Part shown: in pieces, positions 13,176 through 22,328 of the stretch | How the letters are laid out: every line of letters starts with the position of its first letter | Position numbering within the stretch: the stretch's first letter is position 1 | Assembly (NCBI RefSeq): GCF_006345805.1 | Contig: NC_043007.1 | Location: 47,802,001-47,866,000, forward strand | Length of the DNA stretch: 64,000 nucleotides | Direction: 5' to 3' | Source of the DNA: Octopus sinensis | Taxonomy: Eukaryota | The notes under the pieces: generated by a model | What the model was told of the DNA's origin: nothing | What the model saw: only the letters and a program-made list of their open reading frames with translations | The model's database searches: none | Made by a program: the position numbers and the translations under genes

Positions 13176-13244
13176 ATGGCGTAGTGGTTAAGAGAACGGT
13201 CTACTAACCCCAAGATTCCGAGTTCGATTCCAGGCAGTGACCTG
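13174..13244 (+). mobile_element. 5' tRNA-like head of SINE family C (split copy)
   Basis: A-box TGGCGTAGTGG (13177-13187) and B-box GAGTTCGATTCC (13220-13231); ends GTGACCTG then (AAT)n. Matches the head of the unsplit copy at 18933-18976 (minus). Confidence 0.85.
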
Positions 13245-13254
13245 AATAATAATA

Positions 13255-13304
<50 letters not shown>

Positions 13305-13307
<3 letters not shown>

Positions 13308-14197
13308 CTAGAACAGCAACGGACCGTGATAAAACGATGGCAAGAAAAGCCCCTTCATGGCAAATACTTGACTAAACTAAATGCAAAAGAAATAGACAGA
13401 GAAAAATCTCAGCAATGGTTGAGAAGCTCAGGACTCAAAGCAGAGACGGAGGGATTTTTAATAGCAGCACAAGACCAAAGCCTCCCCACTAGAAATTGCC
13501 AAAAACACATACTGAAAAGAAACATAACAAGTTACTGCAGAATATGTGGAGATGGACAAGAAACAATAAATCATTTTATCTCTGGCTGCCCAGTCCTGGC
13601 TAAGAAGGAATATATTCACAGACACGACAGAGTTGGGACCTACATACATTGGAAGCTATGCCAACATTATGAAATAACAACAGAAAAAGATGGTATAGGC
13701 ACACACCAGAAAAGGTCACAGAAAATGAGCAAGCAACCATACTCTGAGATATGCCAATATACACAGATAAAGAAATTAAGGCCAATAGGCCAGATATAGT
13801 TGTCAGAGATCATGAAGAAAAAAATGCTTTCTAATTGATGTATCAATACCAGCAGATGACAACGTGTCTCTAAAAGAAATGGAGAAACTTTCAAAATACA
13901 AAGACCTGGAAATAGAGGTAACTCGAATGTGGAATCTAAAAACAGAAACAATTCCTATCATAGTAGGCGCATTAGGTATGATAAAAAAATATTTAGACAG
14001 AAACATAACAAAAACACCAGGACTTACAAATATATATAACATACAGAAAATTGCACTACTAGGCACTGCACGCATCCTACGCAAAACAATTTCAATACAG
14101 TAACCATTAGAGCATCACAACAAATCGCAGCACATACCCAAGGCACACAGCGGTGTGCTCGGTAGTGAAGTGAAAACACGCTATAAAAATAAAACTA

Positions 14198-14200
<3 letters not shown>
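13305..14200 (+). mobile_element. R4/Dong-like LINE family A, 5'-truncated 3' fragment
   Basis: CCHC knuckle CRICGDGQETINHFISGC, RHD, and REL endonuclease RPDIV..LIDVSIP..EKLSKYKDL (frameshifted); 3' UTR then (AAT)n. Confidence 0.92.
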
Positions 14201-14260
<60 letters not shown>

Positions 14261-14263
<3 letters not shown>

Positions 14264-17089
14264 CATCCAAAACAAAATAAAAATTTAAAAAATTAGAAAA
14301 GACCTGTCGATTCTTAATGAAATCAGCAAACAATCAACGCTACTGAGCAACAAAAAGAGAACAAAAATGCTCCGCAAATATAACATCACAGAAAAAGATT
14401 TGCCGGAGATAAAAGAAGAGCTGAAGCAAGATATCCTTGCCAAAGCTCAAACGATCCGCCGGTACGAGAAACGCCAACGCTTCTTTGAACAGAACAAAAA
14501 GTTCAACTCCAACCCCAAAAAGTTCTACCAAGAACTGGGAAAAAATAAAATAGAAGTCACTGCAGCACCAACGGCAGAAGAATTGGAAGAATTCTGGAGA
14601 GAAATTTGGTCGGCGAACGAACAGCCTAAAAAAAGGAGTATCAAAATAACAAACTCGGCATCTGAACAACTTTGGACCCCCATAACAACTGAAGAGGTCA
14701 CGCAGGCACTGCAAAAACTAAGCAAGTGGAAGGCACCTGGCCATGACAAGATCCCCAACTTCTGGTTGAAATATCTAACAGGAATGCACAAAAAGCTGGC
14801 TGAAAACTTTAACAGCATACTAGCAGAGCCAGAGACAATGCCTGAATGGCTCACGAAGGGGAAAACCATCTTAATTCCCAAATCAAATGAAACAGCAAAA
14901 CCAGAAAACTACAGACCAATAACCTGCCTCCCTACTATGTTCAAGGCATTTACTGCAGTGATATCGCAAAGGCTGAACAAGCACCTGGACGAAAACAAAC
15001 TGTTCCCAGAAGAGTAGAAAGGATGCCGCAAAGGCTCATATGGCTGTAAAGATCAACTAATGATTAATAAAGCCGTAACTGAAGACAGCCACAGAAAGAA
15101 GAAAGGCCTCAGTATGGCCTGGATTGACTACAAAAAGGCGTTTGATAGCATCCCCCACACATGGATCCTCGAAACACTAGTCATTAACAAAGTAGCACCA
15201 ACAATCATAAAATTCATAGAGCACTCTATGAATAAATGGCAAATAGTCCTACACCTCCAAACAAAAGAGGGACTCATGAAAACCAAAGACATCCCCATTA
15301 GAAGAGGAATATTCCAGGGAGACACGCTCTCTCCACTCCTTTTCTGCTTGGCACTGTCACCTCTATCTGATATGCTAAATAGAACTGGATGCGGATATAA
15401 ATGTTACGGCAAAACGATCAGCCACCTTTTATATATGGATGACCTAAAACTATACGCTGCAAATGACAAACAGCTGGAAACACTATTAAAGACAGTTCAT
15501 GGATTTACCAAAGAAATAGATATGAAATTTGGATTAGAAAAATGCGCCAAAGTAACCATGAAAAGAGGAAAACTAGTTAAGAGTAACAACATCACACTAG
15601 ATAAAACTAATGAAACAAAAGAATTAGACCAAAGCCAAACTTACAAATACTTAGGAATTCATGAACTAGATAAGACACAACACACACAAATGAAAGAGAA
15701 AATAAAAAAAGAATATTATAGACGAGTTAGATCAATACTAAAAACAGAGCTCAATGCTAAAAACAAGATAATAGGTATCAACACTTTAGCTGTCCCAGTT
15801 ATAAGTTACAGCTACAATATCCTTAACTGGACACGAAATGAACTGTCCAAAATAGATAGGAAAACAAGAAAAATACTGACAGGATCTAGGATGCATCACC
15901 CAAAATCTGACATAGAAAGACTATATATACAACGTATAGAAGGTGGTAGAGGCCTTATACAGCTGGAAAACTACTATAAAATAACCACCATAGGACTGCA
16001 AAAATACCTACTTCAGAAGGAAGGAAAACTGATCCAGATAGCAGCAAAACACGAGCAAAACAAAAAACTGTTCTCAGTATTTAAGGAAGCTGACAAATAC
16101 AAACAAGAAATCATACCACCTAATAAACACGAAGAAGAAGAAGATGATGATGAAGAAACAACAAAAGCTATAAAACAAATGAAATCCAAACTAAAAATAG
16201 AACAGCAACGAACCATGATAAAACGATGGCAAGAAAAGCCCCTTCATGGTAAATACTGCACTAAACTAAACGCAAAAGAAATAGACAAAGAAAAATCCCA
16301 GCAATGGTTGAGAAGCTCAGGACTCAAAGCAGAAACAGACAGATTTTTAATTGCAGCACAAGACCAAAGCCTCCCCACCAGAAATTACCAAAAACATGTA
16401 ATGAAAAGAAATATTACAAGTAACTGCAGAATATGTGGAGATGGACAAGAAACAATAAATCATATTATCTCTAGCTACCCAGTCCTGGCTAAGAAGGAAT
16501 ATATTCACAGACATGACAGAGTTGGAACCTACATACATTGGAAGCTATGCCAACATTATGGAATAACAACAGAAAAAAGATGGTATAGGCACACACCAGA
16601 AAAGGTCACAGAAAACGAGAAAGCAACCATACTCTGGGATATGCCGATACACAAAGATAGAGAAATTAAGGCCAACAGGCCAGATATAGTTGTCAGAGAT
16701 CATGAAGAAAAAATGCTTTCTAATTGATGTATCAATACCGGCAGATGACAACGTGTCTCTAAAAGAAATGGAGAATCTCTCAAAATACAAAGACCTGGAA
16801 ATAGAGGTAACTAGAATGTGGAATCTGAAAACAGAAACAATTCCTATCATAGTAGGTGCATTAGGCATGATAAAAAAATATTCAGACAAATACATAACAA
16901 AAACACCAGGACTTACAAACACATATAACATACAGAAAATTGCACTACTAGGCACTGCACACATCCTACGCAGAACACTTTCCATACAATAACCATCAGA
17001 GCATCACAACAAATCACAGCACATACCCAAGGCACACAGAGCTGCGCTCGGTAGTGAAGTGAAAGCACGATATAAAAATAAAACTACTG
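14261..17089 (+). mobile_element. R4/Dong-like LINE family A, long 5'-truncated copy
   Basis: Flanked by (AAT)n on both sides; RT, zinc knuckle and REL endonuclease present. Confidence 0.95.
14340..16992 (+). pseudogene. R4/Dong polyprotein (RT + CCHC + REL endonuclease) with one nonsense codon and one frameshift
   Basis: [42 protein letters not shown] and YKYLG. TAG at 15015-15017 is CAG in the copy at 54382-54384. The A-run at 16708-16713 has 6 A, versus 8 A (in frame) at 56071-56078. Confidence 0.92.
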
Positions 17090-17110
17090 GATAATAGTAA
17101 TAATAATAAT

Positions 17111-18423
17111 GTATATAATGCACCACCCTAAGGCAGATACAGAACGACTTTATCTGCCAAGAAAAGAGGGAGGCCGTGGTCTTTTACAACTGGCAATAAC
17201 AATGAAGATTGCTACAATTGGCCTAGACACCTACCTGAAAAACTGAGGACTGGATGTTAAAACTTGTCTCAAAACATGAAAACAAGAAAGCATCATACTC
17301 AGTAACAAAACAGGCAAAGGAATATCTGAGTGAATTCCGGATACAACAAATTTCGGAATTAGAGATATACATACAAGAAACAAGCACAGAAAAAGCTAAG
17401 CGCTTGAAAACCCGTGCCAAAACTGCGGCCTTAGATATTCTGAATAATAAATGGCAAGAAAAACCTCTCTATGGCAAATACCCAAAGAGAGCGAATAATG
17501 CAGATATTGACAAAGCCCTGACCCATCAATGGCTAATGGCCTCTGGCTTAAAATCTGAAACAGAAGGGTTTATCATAGCAGCTCAAGATCAATGCCTACC
17601 AACAAGAAACTACCAGGCCAACATATTAAAGAACGGCAGTAGCCCAACATGTCGTGTATCTCGACAACAAAATGAAACCATTGATCATGTTGTCTCAAAA
17701 TGCAGTCTTCTAGCGCCTACAGAGTACCTCAACAGGCATGATAAAGCTGCACAATATATTCACTGGGTAATTTGCAAAAACCTGGATTTGCCCCATGAAA
17801 AAAACTGGTGGGAACACAAACCACCTCCAGTGCTTGAAAATGACCACATCTCACTCCTCTGGAACTTCACCATTCAAACCGACAAAAATATAGATGCAAA
17901 TAGGCCAGACATCATATTGAAAGACTTCAGACAAAGAACATTCCTCCTCATTGATATGACTGTCCCAATCGATATAAACGTATCTGTCAAGACCTACCAA
18001 AAACTGAGCAAATATAAAGATCTTGAAATAGAAATCAGCAAAATGTGGAAGCTGAAGACTAAAACAATACCTGTTGTCATAGGTGCTCTGGGAATGATAG
18101 CGAAAGGGGCTGATTGTTACCTAACTCAGATACCAGGAAACCCCAAAATGGCAGAAATTCAAAAGATAGTGCTCATGGGAACTGCTCATATCCTACGCAA
18201 AATACTCTCTATGTAATCCCAAGGTTTAAAACAAACTTTTAAAAAAAAATTTATTTATTAGACATTCACTAGTACAACACCAAAAAGAAAAAAAAAAGGC
18301 TGACCCCCCCAAATATATGGCACACTAGGCATAACAACAACGTGAACTTCCAACCTGTTGTCTCTTGAGGTTTCTGGGTGAGACTTGGAGCCAACTTGTA
18401 CAAACATAAAGCAAAAGTCAAAC

Positions 18424-18426
<3 letters not shown>
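17111..18426 (+). mobile_element. R4/Dong-like LINE family B, 5'-truncated
   Basis: Begins MHHPKADTERLY; the 320-aa ORF 17254-18216 has CRV..QQNETIDHVVSKC, RHD, RPDII, LIDMTVP and QKLSKYKDL. Its 3' UTR differs from family A. Flanked by (AAT)n. Confidence 0.92.
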
Positions 18427-18489
<63 letters not shown>

Positions 18490-18490
<1 letters not shown>

Positions 18491-18663
18491 GAAAAATACC
18501 TTAGGAATGAGAACCCAAGTTCGAAATTTCACTAAGACACCTAATGAAGGCTGGAGGGTATATCAACCGAAACGTTGTGTTAACAACAAACAAGATGACA
18601 AATATCCGTCAAATGTAAATAATGTAAATGTACATGATTCCTCATCTCTTAAATATAGAACTG
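18490..18663 (+). mobile_element. 3' tail of SINE family C (other half of the split copy)
   Basis: GAAAAATACCTTAGGAATGAGAACCC...CCGTCAAATGTAAATAATGTA is homologous to the post-(AAT)n half of the unsplit copy at 18693-18850 (minus). Confidence 0.88.
18536..18581 (+). ncRNA. Hammerhead ribozyme-like motif (type I, minimal/dimeric), decayed core
   Basis: GACAC-CTAATGA-AGGCTGGAGGGTATATCAACC-GAAAC-GTT-GTGTT: stem I GACAC/GTGTT and palindromic stem III AACGTT. Core is CUAAUGA instead of CUGAUGA. Confidence 0.6.
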
Positions 18664-18692
18664 CGTATTGTATAATTATACCTGTTCAATAA

Positions 18693-18853
18693 TTTACATT
18701 ATTTACATTATTTACATTATTTACATTTGACGGATATTTGTCTTCATCTTGTTTGTTGTTAACAGAACGTTTCGGCTGATATACCCTCCAGTCTTCTTCA
18801 GGTGTCTTGGAGAAATTTCGAACCTGGGTTCTCATTCCTAAGGTATTCTTCGA

Positions 18854-18922
<69 letters not shown>

Positions 18923-18985
18923 CATCATTGTTTAGGTCACTACTTGGAATCGAACTCTTAACCACTATACCATATGCTCGCGGGC
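18693..18985 (-). mobile_element. Unsplit SINE family C: tRNA head + (AAT)n + hammerhead-bearing tail
   Basis: Minus strand: CATATGGTATAGTGGTTAAGAG / TTCGATTCC head (with a ~30-nt deletion), (AAT)n, tail, ending in (AAATAATGT)n. Confidence 0.88.
18761..18806 (-). ncRNA. Hammerhead ribozyme-like motif (type I, minimal/dimeric), intact core
   Basis: Minus strand GACAC-CTGAAGA-AGACTGGAGGGTATATCAGCC-GAAAC-GTT-CTGTT. CUGANGA and GAAA cores are intact; one mismatch each in stems I and II relative to the two-copy consensus. Confidence 0.7.
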
Positions 18986-19559
18986 AATTATGGAGAGAAT
19001 TTTAGGGCTCATAAATCTAATATTTTTCTATCCTTCTTAAATAACGGTTCCCGTATGCTGCTCATATCTGCTCTCTGTCTGCTTAGGAGGTTGTTGTGTC
19101 CTAGCATATGTGCTGCTTCTTTTAGTTTTCGTATTTTCCAGTGGTGTTCTCTGTCTATTATTTTAACTTCATCCCACAGGGGGAGGTAGTCTCCATTTTT
19201 CTATACAGACATAACATACAGCCAAACTTCATATAGATACTTAATGCTAGCTAATTAGCAGATAATCTAATGTAAAAGCCGTGGTAAAGTGTATGTGCAC
19301 AGCTCATCTGGACTATTCTATTTCTGCACACTAATTTTATTTTTAATTTATTCCCATTTATGTGAAACCACTTATTCAAGTTCAAGTCATTGATGCAATT
19401 TTATACCAATTGCTATTTTTACTTTTAATTGTTATGTTACGATTTAATTATTATATTATACTTTAGTTTGATTTTAATTATTGCTTACTACATATAATTC
19501 AATTGTTATTATTATCTCTAATTTTTATTGTTAAAGTGAAAGTATCTGACATAAAATAG

Positions 19560-19790
19560 AGAGATGTTTTTGTTTCACTTTTAACACGTAATAATGAAAT
19601 AGTGGAGAAGATATGATATTGCTATGGGCTCGCCCCAGGCAAGAAGTTGAACATTTTTTTGCCCATGAAACTACATGGACCCTAAGTAAGGCAAGTGTAA
19701 AATTTGAATGAAATTGGCTGTGTAGTTCTCAAGTTTTAGAGAAACACACAGACAGACAGACACATATTCTCAGTTTTATATATATATAGA
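19560..19790 (+). mobile_element. Possible non-autonomous Helitron/HINE-like element 3' part
   Basis: AAATTTGAATGAAATTGG...CACACAGACAGACAGAC...TTTTATATATATAGAT resembles the tail of the element at 58978-59365. Confidence 0.35.
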
Positions 19791-19849
19791 TATTATATAA
19801 TATATACGTCTTTCTATAATATATTCTATAATATATACGTCTTTCTACT

Positions 19850-20030
19850 ATAGGCACATAGCCTGGAAGTTTAGGAGAAGGACCGGACTGTGCTCAACAG
19901 GTAGTTATTTTATCGACCGATATGATGAAAGGCAAAGTGGACAGCGACAGAATTTGTACTGAGAAGATAATGTGAGCCTAAATGCTGCTTAGCATTTTGT
20001 TCGTGGTGTTAACGTTTCTGTCAACTCAAA
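19850..20030 (-). mobile_element. Diverged SINE family A copy
   Basis: TTTTATCGACCGATATGATGAAAGGCAAAGTGGAC...GCATTTTGTTCGTGGTGTTAACG. Confidence 0.65.
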
Positions 20031-20207
20031 AAAATATATCAATGCTTCTGCGCACTAAGACTTGACGGAAAAGGTTATTCCAGATCAAGTCCGTACTCCT
20101 GAAATACTTTTTAGTATGCTCTCTAGACCTCTTAGTCTATCTATTTGTCTGTGTATCTGTGTATTATGCATAGTTACAATGTATACCATATCAAAGCAGT
20201 GAAAATG

Positions 20208-20428
20208 TACGGGGGGTTGTTTAAAAGTTCCTGGTTTTGAGTAAAAGAAAATACAGGAGGATCAGTTAATTATGATTGCTTTCAGCATAACTTCCCTCTA
20301 AGATTCACGCACTTATTGCAACGGTTCTTCAGTTTTTCTAAGCCCTGTAAAAGAACTTGGAAGGTTCGGACTCCAGCCAGGACATTGCGATACACTTAAA
20401 GCCAGGAACTTTTCAGCGTCCCTTGTAC
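20208..20428. mobile_element. Mariner-like MITE (inverted copy of 5272-5473)
   Basis: TIRs AAAAGTTCCTGGTTTT / AAAGCCAGGAACTTTTCAG; internal AAAATACAGGAGGATCAGTTAATTATGATT is the reverse complement of the first copy. Confidence 0.8.
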
Positions 20429-21182
20429 AATACCACCATGTTAATCAACAGTGTAGTAAAGGACACCAAACTTTTTGTGTCCCCGATCCAGCTTGCAATC
20501 TTGTAAATACTCTTTAGAACTCACTATAAACCTCAAACTGACAAAAAAGTGACAAGAAGCATTCCTGATGAATTTGATACGTGTTGTTCAAACGAGGGCA
20601 AAATCAATAAATCGTAAACCTACACTGCAGGACACCAGCTACTCACCGTCTTGTTTTGTTTTCTAAAGAAAAATATTTTGAAGCAGTAATACAACATAGA
20701 TTTCACCTTATATTTTACAAACAATACACTTAGGTGTGACTCTTCTCGTGACTATTTTCAGACAGATATTTCATCATACTACTATTTTGCATTCTTCCAA
20801 TTTTAAGAAGTGCCAGATTAATTACTTTTCGGTCAATTATCGGCGACATCTCTCGCTAACACCCAGCTGTTTTATGTCTCAGATCTAGTCTGTACACCTT
20901 TAGTATTCTCATAAACCTGAAACTTAATGATCAGTGAAACATTCCTGAGGAAACGAACACAATTTGTTCAAACCTGATGAAAATAAAGAAAAAATAATCG
21001 CTTTGTATTTGTAAACCCACACAGGAAGACAATAGTGAATATGCTTTCTTTAATGCAAATAACAGTTCCCTACGTCACCATTATCCAGTCTATCCTAGAG
21101 ACCATGTAGGACCCGTACCAAATATTTATATATATATATATATATATAATATATATATATATATATGTATATATATACATAT

Positions 21183-21385
21183 ATTAAAATTATAAATTAG
21201 GGTATCTACAAGATACCACCATGCTGAAAGTAGCAGCCATGATCCGATTCTAAAACCACCTTAAGTGTTCATGGAGACAAAGTGACAAGTAAAAAATTAC
21301 TGGCTAATTCCAGATACTGGGTTTCTGACTATGCATTTAGGAATGCTTTGCCTCGTCAGTGGAATACACACAGAAAGAAGCATAA

Positions 21386-21466
<81 letters not shown>

Positions 21467-21865
21467 TATAAATACAACATACGAATACTTACTTTTACGA
21501 ACGTATACATACATATATATGCACGTATGCATCAAGACTAGTTCAAAATGCCCGCTTAATTCCATGTGCGATATGGTTAAAATATCACCGCAGTAAATAC
21601 AGTGACGAAATAAATTTAAATCTGTATAAACAAGGATAAGATCGTTAATTTAAAATAAAACAACGATCTTATCAAGTGGCAAAAATAACCTTCAAAGGTA
21701 ATAATTATTAAAATTATAAATTAGGGTATCTACGAGATACCACCATGCTGAAAATAGCAGCCATGGTCCGACTCTAAAACCACCTTAAGTGTTCATATAG
21801 CAACACGGAGAGAAGACAAAGAGACAAGATGAAACTAGTAAAAAATTACTGGATAATTCCAGATA
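21183..21865. repeat. Pair of ~150-bp direct repeats (21183-21325 and 21707-21865)
   Basis: ATTAAAATTATAAATTAGGGTATCTAC.AGATACCACCATGCTGAAA.TAGCAGCCATG...AAAAAATTACTGG.TAATTCCAGATA occurs twice, 524 bp apart. Confidence 0.85.
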
Positions 21866-22067
21866 AATTTTAATAATTATTACTTATATATATATATATG
21901 TATAGCGGTGGTATGTTGTCAACTTAATGTGACAGTCCCATGAAAGGGAAGAATACTACTGCTATTTAGCCCTAGGAAGCACTGCTTCCTCTCGGCCTTG
22001 GCACATTTCCTGTGTCCTTATGTTTACAAAGGGGGAGATAAGGACCTCCACCCAGCAAAGCCAACAG

Positions 22068-22108
22068 CCAGAGACTGGTTTCTGAGTCATTGCTCGTCAT
22101 CAGTCTGG
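22068..22108 (-). ncRNA. Hammerhead ribozyme-like motif (type I, minimal)
   Basis: Minus strand CCAGA-CTGATGA-CGAGCAATGACTCA-GAAAC-CA-GTC-TCTGG: perfect 5-bp stem I, intact CUGAUGA/GAAA core, GAG/CUC stem II and a GUC cleavage triplet. Confidence 0.7.
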
Positions 22109-22139
22109 AGTAGCATGGCTTGCTAGCTGAAGTTTTTAT

Positions 22140-22239
22140 AAGGATAATATATATTAAATACAGAAGAAGGGACATAACAGGACAATACAAACAAAAAAGT
22201 TACTGAGTTCGAATGAGCCTTACTTTTTAAAAATTGATG

Positions 22240-22328
<89 letters not shown>

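Noticed and set aside
13174-13244. tRNA gene
   Set aside because: It has A and B boxes but no acceptor stem or poly-T terminator, and it continues into a SINE body.
22134-22140. TATA box upstream of the 22068-22108 hammerhead
   Set aside because: It coincides with the probable A-rich 3' end of Tx1 #2, so it cannot be assigned as a promoter.
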